The notes under the pieces were generated by a model, which was not told where the DNA came from, made no database searches, and worked only from the letters and a program-made list of their open reading frames with translations. 64,000 nt of DNA from Candidatus Rokuibacteriota bacterium (GTDB taxonomy: Bacteria > Methylomirabilota > Methylomirabilia > Rokubacteriales > CSP1-6). This document shows, in pieces, positions 22,737 through 32,950 of the stretch (position 1 is its first letter; each line of letters opens with the position of its first letter). The position numbers were made by a program, and so were the translations under genes. The stretch spans positions 2,586-66,585 of the forward strand of contig QHRU01000045.1 of assembly GCA_003220225.1 (NCBI GenBank), written 5' to 3'.

Positions 22737-23102
22737 GTGGCCAAGCAGATCCTCGTGGTGGACGACCAGCCGTACCTGCGCGACGTGGAAGTTCTCATCT
22801 TGAAGGCGGCCGGCTACGCGGCGACGGCGCTGGGGACGGCGAGCGACGCCCTCGCCAGGCTCGCCGACATCCGACCGGACCTGATCCTGCTGGACCTCTC
22901 GATGCCCGGGATGAGCGGCCGCCAGTTCATCAAGCGCCTGCGCGCCCACGACGAGTGGCAGGGACTGCCGGTGATCCTCTCGAGCGGCTTCCTCGCAGAG
23001 GACGCCGACGCGGCCCTGGAGCCCGGTGTCGAGCTGCTGCCCAAGCCATTCAGCGATACCGCGCTGCTCAATCGCGTGCGCCTGCTGATCGGCCCGGCCT
23101 AG
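22737..23102 (+). CDS. Single-domain response regulator
   Basis: ILVVDDQ...ILLDLSMPGMSG...LSSG...KPF. Confidence 0.92.
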   Translation: MAKQILVVDDQPYLRDVEVLILKAAGYAATALGTASDALARLADIRPDLILLDLSMPGMSGRQFIKRLRAHDEWQGLPVILSSGFLAEDADAALEPGVELLPKPFSDTALLNRVRLLIGPA

Positions 23103-23104
23103 GA

Positions 23105-23208
23105 CATGGGGGGCCCCGACATGGCCCCACCATGAACGTGAGGGGCCCCGAAATGGCCCCTCACACTCCCCAACGTTCGGAGCGCCCCGGGAAACCCGTG
23201 GCGCTCCT
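23105..23208 (-). repeat. Dispersed palindromic element, copy 2 (with an extra core hairpin)
   Basis: Two GGGGCCCCGA(C/A)ATGGCCCC cores plus the conserved GC-rich flank; between convergent genes. Confidence 0.85.
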
Positions 23209-24606
23209 CTATTCCGCGCCCAGCGCTTCCAGCGCGGCCGTGAAGCAGCCGAGGGGTGCCCGCACCACGCCCGCCCCGATCTGGCCGACGCCCGCGCGGC
23301 GACTCGCGATCCCCGTGTTGATGGCCGGCGTGATGGAGGTCTCGACCACGAGCCGCGCGTCCACGCCCACGGGGCTGCCGCGGTCGTCGAGGGCGGGGAT
23401 GCGGAAGTGCGGGTGCTCGCCGGCGCAGATCTCGCGCATCTCCGCGGTCATCGCCGCCGCCTCGGCCGTGCCGCCGGCGCCGAGGAAGCGCGCCACCGCC
23501 GGCGCGGCCACCATCGCGAACGCGCCGAGGCCGATCGTCTCGACGATCGCGCTATCGCCCATGTCGGGGTTCGCGTCGTCGGGACCGAAGCCGGGGAAAT
23601 AGAGGCCTTGCGGCATGTTCACGGGGGCGGTGAACCAGCGCTCGCCGCAGCCGGAGACGCGGATGCCGAAGTCGGTGCCGTTGCGCGCCATGACGGTCAC
23701 GAGCGTTGAGCCGGCGACGCCGCCGGCGGGATCGACCATCGACTTTCCCGCGGCCATCGCGAGGTTCAGGAAGAACTGGTCGTTGCCCGCCAGGAACTCC
23801 GCCAGGCGCGCGACGGCGTGGTGGCGCCCGCCGACCTGCGCGATCCCCGGCATCATCGCGCGCGTGAGCAGCGCGGTGGCCGCCAGGTTGCGCTGGTGCA
23901 TCTCGTCGGCCATGCGCAGCGCCTGCGCCATCAGCGCGCGCAGATCGATGCCGCCGAGCGCGCGCAGCCCGGCGCCGAGCAGCGGCCCCGCCTCTGTGGC
24001 GATCCAGTTGAGGCGCGCCAGCACGCTGTCGTCGTTGGCGCCGTATCGGAGCACTTTGCCGAGTCCCTCGTTGATCGTCGCGTGGCCGCGCGTGCCGTGG
24101 GCCCGGTTCTCGACGACGAACACCGGCATCGAGGGCGTGACGACGCCCGCCATCGGCCCCGCGGTGGCGTGGTGGTGGCAGGGCTCGAGCCGCACGGCGC
24201 CGCGCTCGACCAGCTCGCGCGCGGCGTCGTCGTTGGCCGCCCAGCCCTCGTAACGGATCGCGCCCAGGATCGCCGCGCGCACCGGCTCGCTGACGCGCTC
24301 CCACGGAAGCGGCGGACCGGAGTGCAGCACGGTGCGCTCGGGCAGCTCGAGCGCCTCGCGCGCCGGCCGGCAGTCCACCAGGAACGGCGCGCCGCTCGTG
24401 AGCCGCTCGAGCGCCGTCGCGTTGGCGCGATCGATCGCCGCGCGCCGCGCGTCGAGCCGGGCCAGCAGCGCGGCCAGGCGCGGGTCGCCGCCGGCGGGCG
24501 GGCGCCAGTCGACGTGCACGGCGGGAACGTCGAGCGCGGCGAGCGTGAGCGCGAAGAGGTCGAGACCGACGTTGACGACGCGCGGTGCTGCGCCGAGCAG
24601 CGCCAT
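23209..24606 (-). CDS. DUF1116 protein (YahG/YlbE, AllG-like oxamate carbamoyltransferase subunit)
   Basis: LHSGPP, NEGLGKVLRYGA, DEMHQRN, MARNGTDFGIR, DANPDMGDSAI, INTGIA, GQIGAG. Confidence 0.9.
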   Translation of the reverse strand: MALLGAAPRVVNVGLDLFALTLAALDVPAVHVDWRPPAGGDPRLAALLARLDARRAAIDRANATALERLTSGAPFLVDCRPAREALELPERTVLHSGPPLPWERVSEPVRAAILGAIRYEGWAANDDAARELVERGAVRLEPCHHHATAGPMAGVVTPSMPVFVVENRAHGTRGHATINEGLGKVLRYGANDDSVLARLNWIATEAGPLLGAGLRALGGIDLRALMAQALRMADEMHQRNLAATALLTRAMMPGIAQVGGRHHAVARLAEFLAGNDQFFLNLAMAAGKSMVDPAGGVAGSTLVTVMARNGTDFGIRVSGCGERWFTAPVNMPQGLYFPGFGPDDANPDMGDSAIVETIGLGAFAMVAAPAVARFLGAGGTAEAAAMTAEMREICAGEHPHFRIPALDDRGSPVGVDARLVVETSITPAINTGIASRRAGVGQIGAGVVRAPLGCFTAALEALGAE

Positions 24607-26123
24607 CAACGGGCTCCCGCGCGCCGGGCGATCGCCGCCGCGAGCCGCGCCGCCTGGGCGTTCCCGTCCATCACGATGACACCGGCATCGCGCAGTGTGG
24701 CGATCTGAGCGGCGCGCGACTGCGGGTCGCCGTCGGTGCCGCACACGCTGGCCACGACGGCGAGCGGGCGGCGCGCGCGGACGGCGCGGATCGCCGGCAC
24801 GATCTCTCCGGCGGGATCGCGGTGCGCGCCATAGCCGAGCACGACGTCGACGAGCAGGACCGCGGTGCCGGCGTCGCGGCCCTCCCTGTCGATCCACTCG
24901 CGGCGCACGCGGCCGTCGATCATCGGGTGCGGGCGGCCGACGGTGAAGACGTCCTCGCCGAGGTCGACGACGCGATGGCCGGACCCGCCTGTCGTGAGCG
25001 AGGTCGCGACCTCGGCGAGACTCCCGGCGAGCAGGTCGATCGCCTCGTAGGCGAGCGTGCCGCCGGAGTAGACGCCGCGCACGTAGCGCTGGCCCGGGGC
25101 GAGGCCGCGCGCGGCGTCGGCGACGAGGCGCTCGACCTCCGCGGCCGCGAGGGTGAACGCCGTCGCCGCCGGCGTCGTCCCGCGCGCGAGCGCGACGGCG
25201 GCGCGGCCGGCGTCCTCCAGCGTCGCGGCGACGCGCCAGGGGCCGGCGGCCGGCGTGCTCGCTCCCGCGAAATAGGCCACGCAGGGCTTGCCGAGCTTCG
25301 CCGCGGCGTCGGCAAGCCGGCGCGCGACGCCCGCGCCCGGCGGCTTGCCCACGAGGCACACGACCTCGGTCGCCGCGTCGCCCGCGAGCAGCTCGAGCGC
25401 GCGGAGCATCATGAGCCCGCCGACCTCGTCGGAGAGGTCGCGGCCGCCGACGCCGATCGCCTGCGAGACGCCCTCGCCCTCCCGGGCGATCGTGCAGGTC
25501 GTCTCTTGCAGGCCCGTGCCCGACGCCGCGGCGAGGCCGATGCGCCCGCGCGGCACCGCGTTGGCGAAGCCGAGCGGCACGCCGTCCACGATGGCGGTGC
25601 CGCAGTCCGGCCCCATCATGAGCAGGCCGCGCTCGAGCGCCAGTCGCTTCAGCGCGACTTCGGTCTCGACGGGGACGTTGTCGCTGAACAGCATCACGTG
25701 CAGCCCCGCGCGCAGCGCCTGCAGCGCCTCGGCGCCCGCGTACGCGCCGGGCACGGAGATCAGCGCGAGATTCGCGTCGGGCAGGATCTTCAGCGCCGAG
25801 GTCAGCGTGCGCGGCGTCGCGGCCGTCGTGTTGCCGACCGCGATCGCTCTACGCGCGAGCAGCGCGTGCTCGGCCGCCGCGCGCGCCGCGTCGGCGGCGG
25901 CGGGCGAATCGGCGATCACCGCGATCACGAGGTCCGCGGGCCCGGCCGCCGCGCCCTCGGGCGCGAGCAGGCCCGCCTGCTGGAGGAGCTCGCGGTTGTG
26001 CGGCGTGCCCATCATGGCCGCCGCCGCCGTCACGCCGGGCACCGCCTCCATGTCGCGCGAGAGCCGCATGAGCGTGACGGAGTCCTGGTAGAACGACGCG
26101 CGGACGAAGTTGAACGCGGGCAT
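24606..26123 (-). CDS. fdrA: FdrA/YahF-family acyl-CoA synthetase-like protein (AllF-like)
   Basis: YQDSVTLM, ISVPGAYA, FSDNV, MMGPDCGT, ASGTGLQE, GVGGRDLS, FTVGRPHPMID, VCGTDGDPQ. Confidence 0.92.
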   Translation of the reverse strand: MPAFNFVRASFYQDSVTLMRLSRDMEAVPGVTAAAAMMGTPHNRELLQQAGLLAPEGAAAGPADLVIAVIADSPAAADAARAAAEHALLARRAIAVGNTTAATPRTLTSALKILPDANLALISVPGAYAGAEALQALRAGLHVMLFSDNVPVETEVALKRLALERGLLMMGPDCGTAIVDGVPLGFANAVPRGRIGLAAASGTGLQETTCTIAREGEGVSQAIGVGGRDLSDEVGGLMMLRALELLAGDAATEVVCLVGKPPGAGVARRLADAAAKLGKPCVAYFAGASTPAAGPWRVAATLEDAGRAAVALARGTTPAATAFTLAAAEVERLVADAARGLAPGQRYVRGVYSGGTLAYEAIDLLAGSLAEVATSLTTGGSGHRVVDLGEDVFTVGRPHPMIDGRVRREWIDREGRDAGTAVLLVDVVLGYGAHRDPAGEIVPAIRAVRARRPLAVVASVCGTDGDPQSRAAQIATLRDAGVIVMDGNAQAARLAAAIARRAGAR

Positions 26124-26201
26124 CGCGCGCCGATCCTACACCATTCGAATCGGTCGAGGTCTCGGTGCTCAGGAGTTGTGAGCCGACAAACGAGTCGGCG
26201 G

Positions 26202-27557
<1,356 letters not shown>

Positions 27558-27559
27558 GC

Positions 27560-29788
27560 TCAGGCCCCCACGGGCGCGGGCGCGCGCGTCACCGGTACCT
27601 CGATGACGAAGCGCGTGCCCGAGGGCTGGTTGTCCTCGACGCGGATGATGCCGCCGTGCTCGTTGACGATCTCGCTCACGATCGGCAGGCCGAGCCCCAT
27701 GCCGGTGACCTTGGTCGAGAAGTAGGGCAGGAAGAGCTTGTCGCGATCCTCGCTCGGGACGCCGGGCCCGGTGTCGGCGACGCTGAGCCGGACGCGCGCC
27801 GCCTCCGGCACGTACTCCGTCTCGAGGGTCACCGTCCCGCCCGAGCCCACCGCCTCCACGGCGTTGTCGACGAGGTTGAGAACGGCGCGCTTGATGTGGT
27901 CCGGATCGACCTGGAGCACCGGCACGTCCTCGGCGTGGCGCGTGACGATCGTGCAGTGCGGGTGCGACTCGCGGTAGAGGCTCGCCACCGCGTCCACGAG
28001 CGGCCGCACGTCGGTGAGCTTCGGCACGAAGGCCGGCATCCGCGCGAAGCGCGAGAACTCGTCGACCATCCGCTTGAGGGCGTCCACCTCCTGGATGATC
28101 GTGTCCGTGCACTCGGTCACCAGCTGCGCGTCGTCGCCGCCGACGCGCGAGAGCCGCCGCCTCAGGCGCTGGGCGGAGAGCTGGATCGGCGTGAGCGGGT
28201 TCTTGATCTCGTGAGCGATGCGCTGCGCGACCTCGCGCCAGGCGGCCAGCCGCTGCGCCTTGAGCAGCTCCGTGAGGTCGTCGAAGACGACCACCGCCCC
28301 GTCGTAGGCGCCCTCGGGCCCGCGCAGCGCGGTGGCGGAGGCGAGGAGCGACAGCGCGACGCCGCCCCGCCGCATGTGGAGCTGGATGGCCGCGGTGCCG
28401 GTCTTGGGCCGCCGCGTCCGCTGCACCAGCGTGACGACCTCGCGCGCCTCCGGCCCCGTGAAGACCTCCTCGAGCAGGCGGCCGATGGCCGCCGCCTCCG
28501 CCACGCCGAACATCCGGGCCGCCGCGCGGTTGAGCGTGGTGATCCGCCCGAGCGCGTCGAGCGAGACGACGCCGGTGGTGATCGCCTCCAGCACCGTCTC
28601 GATGTAGCGCCGGCGGTCCTCCAGCTCGGTGTGCTTGTCCTGGAGGTCGACGTAGGCCTCCTCGAGCCGGTGCTTGGAGCTCGAGAGGTCGTCGGTCATC
28701 CGGTTGAACGAGTCCACGAGCAGGCCGATCTCGTCGTCGGCGCGCGCCTGGACCTTGTAGGCGAGGTTGCCGGCGGCGACCTCGCGGGTGCCCTCGGCGA
28801 GCTGCGCGATGGGGCCGGTGATGCCCCGCGCGAGGTAGAGACCGAACCACGTGAACCCGAACACGACGATCAGGGTCATGAGGAGGAAGAGCAGGATGTA
28901 GATGCCCTTGATCGGGTTCTTGAGCAGCTTGAGCTGCTTGTACTCGCGGAACGCCTGCGAGATCCCGCGTACCTTGGCCTCGAGCCGCTCCGTCACGTGC
29001 GTGCCGACCACCACGGCGCCGATCACGTGCCGCTCGCCGCCCCGCGCCGCCCAGATCGGCGTGACCGCCTCGATCAGGTCCCCCGAGGTCAGCTCGCGGA
29101 CGGTGGTGACCTCCTGCCCGGCGAGGCCGCGCTTGAGCTGCACCTCGCTCAGCTCGCGCGTGGCGAGGTCGCCGAGGATCGGATCCTTGACGTGGACGAG
29201 CTCCTGGCCCCGGCCGTTGAAGACGGTCAGCGTGCTGATCGACAGCAGATCCTGCTGCTCGGTCAGGTAGGTGGCGAGCGCCTCGCGGCGGTCCTCGGTC
29301 AGGAGGTTCTCGCGGTCGATGGTGCGCGCGAGGTGCTGGCCGTGGCGCAGCGCCGTCCGCTCGAGGTTCGCGTAGTAGGTCTGCGCCACCGACAGCGCCT
29401 GGTCGAGCGGGCGCTCCACCTGCGGCTTGAACCAGCCCTCGATCGACTTGTTGATGAAGTTGGAGGCGATGATGAAGATCAGGATCGCGGGCGCCACCGC
29501 CAGCGAGAGGAAGGCGAGGACGAGCTTGGCCTTGAAGCGCGCGCCGATGACCTTCTGCCGCCGCTCGAAGCCGAGCTTGACGAGGTTGCGGAAGAGCAGG
29601 ATCAGCAGGAGCAGGAAGACCATCAGGTTCAGGTTGAACAGCGCGAAGATCACGATGTTGGAGGCCACCGGCAGCTCGGGCGCGAAGGAGCCGAGGTCGA
29701 AGGCCGAGAGGCCGCCCACCAGCACCAGGAAGCACAGGATGATGAGGAGGTTGCGCTTGCGGCGGTTCTGCTCGGAGAGGAGCGGCAT
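27560..29788 (-). CDS. ntrY: NtrY-like membrane sensor histidine kinase (HAMP-PAS-HisKA-HATPase)
   Basis: AWREVAQRIAHEIKNPLTPIQLSAQRL, FLPYFSTK, GLGL; N-terminal transmembrane helices. Confidence 0.92.
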   Translation of the reverse strand: MPLLSEQNRRKRNLLIILCFLVLVGGLSAFDLGSFAPELPVASNIVIFALFNLNLMVFLLLLILLFRNLVKLGFERRQKVIGARFKAKLVLAFLSLAVAPAILIFIIASNFINKSIEGWFKPQVERPLDQALSVAQTYYANLERTALRHGQHLARTIDRENLLTEDRREALATYLTEQQDLLSISTLTVFNGRGQELVHVKDPILGDLATRELSEVQLKRGLAGQEVTTVRELTSGDLIEAVTPIWAARGGERHVIGAVVVGTHVTERLEAKVRGISQAFREYKQLKLLKNPIKGIYILLFLLMTLIVVFGFTWFGLYLARGITGPIAQLAEGTREVAAGNLAYKVQARADDEIGLLVDSFNRMTDDLSSSKHRLEEAYVDLQDKHTELEDRRRYIETVLEAITTGVVSLDALGRITTLNRAAARMFGVAEAAAIGRLLEEVFTGPEAREVVTLVQRTRRPKTGTAAIQLHMRRGGVALSLLASATALRGPEGAYDGAVVVFDDLTELLKAQRLAAWREVAQRIAHEIKNPLTPIQLSAQRLRRRLSRVGGDDAQLVTECTDTIIQEVDALKRMVDEFSRFARMPAFVPKLTDVRPLVDAVASLYRESHPHCTIVTRHAEDVPVLQVDPDHIKRAVLNLVDNAVEAVGSGGTVTLETEYVPEAARVRLSVADTGPGVPSEDRDKLFLPYFSTKVTGMGLGLPIVSEIVNEHGGIIRVEDNQPSGTRFVIEVPVTRAPAPVGA

Positions 29789-29791
29789 CGC

Positions 29792-30373
29792 CTACTGCAT
29801 CCTCTGGATGGTGCGGTACTCCGACTGCCGTTCCGTCTGCTCGGCGGTGCCGGCCATGCGCGTGACGAACGTGTTCTCGCCGTTGAGCGCGGCCTCCGCC
29901 TGCACGCGGACGTAGAAGATCTCCGTCGGGTTGAGGGCGGCGGCCGGGCCGAGCTTGAGCGCGCGCACCTCGGAGAACACCCGTTGCGCGTCGCGCAGGT
30001 CGCGCGTGCCGTACGCGGGATGCGTCTCGCCCTTGAGCGCGATGACCTTGTACTCCTTGCTCACCGCGTTGTAGGCGAGCTGGCGCTCGATGGTCACGCT
30101 GCGCACGAGGCTGTCGCGCCAGAGCCGGTTGTACTGCCAGAGCTCGATCGTGAAGCGCACGTGGGTGGGGATCCCGCTCTGCAGGCCCTCGTGGAAGGTG
30201 GGCGGGATGGCGTCCAGCAGCACCACGCGCACGGTGACCTCGTGGTCGTTCAGATAGATGTCGAGGTCACTGATCCGTAAGTCCGCGCGCGCCGGCGCGG
30301 CCCCTGCCAGCAGCAGCAGCGCCAACGCCGCAGCGGGGAGTCCGGGCCATCGCAGGGCGTTCGGGACCTTCAT
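29792..30373 (-). CDS. Exported DUF4390-family protein
   Basis: Signal peptide (APARA), GLQSGIP...F.IEL, LAYNAVSKEY; typical position directly upstream of ntrY. Confidence 0.75.
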   Translation of the reverse strand: MKVPNALRWPGLPAAALALLLLAGAAPARADLRISDLDIYLNDHEVTVRVVLLDAIPPTFHEGLQSGIPTHVRFTIELWQYNRLWRDSLVRSVTIERQLAYNAVSKEYKVIALKGETHPAYGTRDLRDAQRVFSEVRALKLGPAAALNPTEIFYVRVQAEAALNGENTFVTRMAGTAEQTERQSEYRTIQRMQ

Positions 30374-30395
30374 ACGGCGGACGCGCCATTATAAA

Positions 30396-30471
30396 CATGG
30401 GGGACCTCGAAGGGCCCCCCATACCCCCGGACGCTCGGGGCGCCCCGGGGAACCCGGGGCGCCCCTCGATC
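30396..30471 (-). repeat. Dispersed palindromic element, copy 3 (diverged)
   Basis: Reverse complement GATCGAGGGGCGCCCCGGG...GTATGGGGGGCCCTTCGAGGTCCCCCATG aligns with the 51365 copy. Confidence 0.75.
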
Positions 30472-30505
30472 GCCTGGCCACCGCCGACCCGCGGCCCGGG
30501 TGCGA

Positions 30506-31417
30506 CTACGAAACGGCGAGGCCGGGGGTGCGGGCGAGGGCCTCGGCCGGCTCGGCGGCCACCGGCGCCGCCACGGCGCGCGCGGCGGCGCGGCGGTCGA
30601 GGCCGAGGGCGCGCTGGACGGCCACCACGAGCTCGAAGTTCAGCGCGTGGCCCGCGTTGCGCGCGATGACGTGCCCCCCGATGCGCCGGCCGAGCAGCGC
30701 CAGGTCACCCAGGAGATCGAGCACCTTGTGGCGCACGAACTCGTCACGGTAGCGGAGCCCGTTGAGGGTGGCGCTCTTGCCGATCACGATCGTGTTGTCG
30801 AGCGAGCCGCCGAGCGCGCGCCCGCTCTTGCGCAGGAAGCCGAGGTCCTTGAGGAAGCCGTACGTGCGCGCCGGCGCGTAGTCGGTGATGAACGACTCCT
30901 CCGTCGGCGTCCACGAGAGCACCTGCGTGCCGATCGCCGGATGCTCGTTGTCGAGGGTGTAGGAGATGCGGAACGTGTCGGCCGGCACGATCTGGATCCA
31001 GCGGCCGCTGCTGCCGGCGCCGATCGCATGCGGGATGCGGATCGGGCGCTGACGCGCGCCCTGCGGCGTGCGCCCGGCGGTCAGCATCAGCTGCACGAAG
31101 GGCTTGGCGCTCCCGTCGGCCGCGGGCAGCTCGCTGCCGTCCACACGGACCTCGAGGTTGTCGATGCCGAGCCCGGCCGCCGCCGCCATCAGGTGCTCGA
31201 TGGTCTGGACGCGCGCGCCGTTCTTGCCGATGGTCGTCGCGTAGTGGGAGTCGACGACGCTCTCGGGCGCCGCGGGGATCGGCTCGCCGTCGTCGCCCAC
31301 GCGGAAGACGATGCCGGAGTCGGCGGGGCCGGGGGACAGCGTCACGCGGACGGTCTTGCCGGAGTGCAGCCCGACACCTTCCAGGCTGACCGCCTTCCGG
31401 AGAGTGTGCTGTCTCAT
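30506..31417 (-). CDS. lpxC: UDP-3-O-acyl-N-acetylglucosamine deacetylase
   Basis: QHTL...GVGLHSG, TIEHLMAA, DGSA, APARTYGF, EFVRHKVLDLLGDL. Confidence 0.96.
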   Translation of the reverse strand: MRQHTLRKAVSLEGVGLHSGKTVRVTLSPGPADSGIVFRVGDDGEPIPAAPESVVDSHYATTIGKNGARVQTIEHLMAAAAGLGIDNLEVRVDGSELPAADGSAKPFVQLMLTAGRTPQGARQRPIRIPHAIGAGSSGRWIQIVPADTFRISYTLDNEHPAIGTQVLSWTPTEESFITDYAPARTYGFLKDLGFLRKSGRALGGSLDNTIVIGKSATLNGLRYRDEFVRHKVLDLLGDLALLGRRIGGHVIARNAGHALNFELVVAVQRALGLDRRAAARAVAAPVAAEPAEALARTPGLAVS

Positions 31418-31433
31418 GACCGGGCCCAGGGGG

Positions 31434-31449
31434 AGCAACCGGGGTGCCA
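31434..31449 (-). promoter_or_regulatory. Sigma54 -24/-12 promoter upstream of lpxC
   Basis: TGGCAC-CCCGG-TTGCT, an exact match to TGGCAC-N5-TTGCW. Confidence 0.8.
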
Positions 31450-31524
31450 CACCGTCTATGGAGCCCAACCGCGTGATTCATCAGGCCCAGCTCTTGGACG
31501 GCGGGGGAGCCTGGTGATGCCCGT

Positions 31525-31573
31525 GTCCCACCGATGACACGGCTCCGGGGGCCCTGAGTCTCACTTTTGAGAC
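31525..31573. promoter_or_regulatory. Two palindromic upstream activator-like sites, 33 bp apart
   Basis: GTCTCA-CTTT-TGAGAC (31558-31573) and GTCCCA-CCGA-TGACAC (31525-31540). Confidence 0.6.
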
Positions 31574-31574
31574 G

Positions 31575-32003
31575 CTAGACGTCGACGATGATCTTGACCT
31601 CATGGCGGCCGTCGCGGGCCTGGACCGAGACGCCGTGCAGGGTTGCCGCCTTCACCACCGTGCCGAGGCGATGGCGGCTCGCGTCGAGGGGCTCGCCGTG
31701 CAGGCGACCGTGGACCACGGTATCGGAGCACGCGGTGACCTCGACGCGGCTCACCACGAACGCCTCGATCTCGTGCACGTAGAGGCACTCGTCGATCCAC
31801 GCGGCGAGGAGCGTCTCCGGACCGTCGGCCTGGGCGCGCACCTCGCGCGCCTCGCGCGCGGTGACCGTCGCCGGATCGGCGACCAGGGCGAGCACGCCGA
31901 GCGCCGCCTGAGCGAACGCCTCGGCGCGCGTCGGACCCCAGGCCCGGATCCCGACGTCGGCCTCGACCTCGAACTGCTCGTAGCCCGCATTGAATTCACG
32001 CAT
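31575..32003 (-). CDS. Archease
   Basis: ADVGIRAWG...AF.QAA, VKAATLHG, terminal IIVDV. Confidence 0.88.
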   Translation of the reverse strand: MREFNAGYEQFEVEADVGIRAWGPTRAEAFAQAALGVLALVADPATVTAREAREVRAQADGPETLLAAWIDECLYVHEIEAFVVSRVEVTACSDTVVHGRLHGEPLDASRHRLGTVVKAATLHGVSVQARDGRHEVKIIVDV

Positions 32004-32009
32004 GGGGGG

Positions 32010-32211
32010 TTTGGGGGGCCATTTCGGGGCCCCCCATCTCTTTTGAGAGCTTGCAACAGCGCATCACGCGTCTGCGGAGTTTTTGGGGGGCCATGTCGGG
32101 GCCCCCCATCTCTTTTGAGAGCTTGCAACAGCGCATCACGCGTCTGCGGAGGTTTGGGGGGCCATGTCGGGGCCCCCCATCTCTTTTGAGAGCTTGCAAC
32201 AGCGCATCACG
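32010..32211. repeat. Tandem array of about 2.8 x 72 bp units containing the REP-like hairpin
   Basis: Unit GGGGGGCCAT(T/G)TCGGGGCCCCCCATCTCTTTTGAGAGCTTGCAACAGCGCATCACG... starts at 32013, 32085 and 32156. Confidence 0.92.
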
Positions 32212-32950
32212 TCTGGGTCCCCAGATCGCCCCAGCGCGACTGGAGAATCGCGAGCACCGCCGGCCCCGCGGTCTCCGTTCTCAGGATGCGCCCGCCGAGG
32301 CCGACCACGCGCCAGCCGCGGGCGCGCGCGGCGTCGACCTCGCGGTGATCGAGCCCGCCCTCGGGGCCGACGAGCACGACGGCGCGGCGCGGACGCTTCG
32401 CGTCCGCCAGCGCGGCGCCGAGCGGCGGCGCGTCGCCTTCCCAGAGACAGAGCGCCAGATCCGCGTCGCGCGCCTCCTCCAGGCACGCCTCGAGCGGCCG
32501 CGGCGGCGCCACGTCGGGCACGACGCGGCGGCCGCACTGCTTGGCGGCCTCGCGGGCGACGCGCTGCCAGCGCGCGAGCCGCGCGGCGGCCTGGCCGTCG
32601 GTGAGCCGCACGACGGTGCGCGCGGCGACCGCGGGGACGACGCGCGCGACGCCGAGCTCCGTGGCCGCGCGCACGATCGTCTCCAGCTTGTCGCCCTTGG
32701 GCAGGCCCTGCACGAGCGTGACGGCGAGCGGTGACTCCCCGGCGGCCTCGGCGACGCCGACGACAGCGCCGGTGGCGCGCGGGCGCACCGCGTCGAGACG
32801 CACCGTGTAGTCGTGACCGGCGCCGTCGCTGGCGACCACGGTGTCGCCGGGCCGAAGGCGCAGGACGCGGGCGAGGTGGCGCGTCTGCTGCGCGTCGAAC
32901 GTCACGCGCCCGTCCACGACGCGCTCAGGCGCGATCGCGAAGCGGCGCAT
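32207..32950 (-). CDS. rsmE: 16S rRNA m3U1498 methyltransferase
   Basis: HLARVLRL, ATELGV, EAAKQCGR, VGPEGG, LGGRILRTETA. Confidence 0.95.
   Translation of the reverse strand: MRRFAIAPERVVDGRVTFDAQQTRHLARVLRLRPGDTVVASDGAGHDYTVRLDAVRPRATGAVVGVAEAAGESPLAVTLVQGLPKGDKLETIVRAATELGVARVVPAVAARTVVRLTDGQAAARLARWQRVAREAAKQCGRRVVPDVAPPRPLEACLEEARDADLALCLWEGDAPPLGAALADAKRPRRAVVLVGPEGGLDHREVDAARARGWRVVGLGGRILRTETAGPAVLAILQSRWGDLGTQT

Noticed and set aside
27558..29735. Apparent 1177 aa NtrX fusion ORF
   Set aside because: The upstream part is an off-frame overlap of ntrY; the receiver domain begins at GTG 27557
32010..32211. Possible CRISPR array (regular 72 bp period, GTTGCAAG on the minus strand)
   Set aside because: Whole units are near-identical, so there are no unique spacers, and no cas genes are in the window
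31751..32734. Short ORFs with repeated peptides such as GGPDMAP and MQALKRDGG
   Set aside because: Translations of the non-coding palindromic repeats
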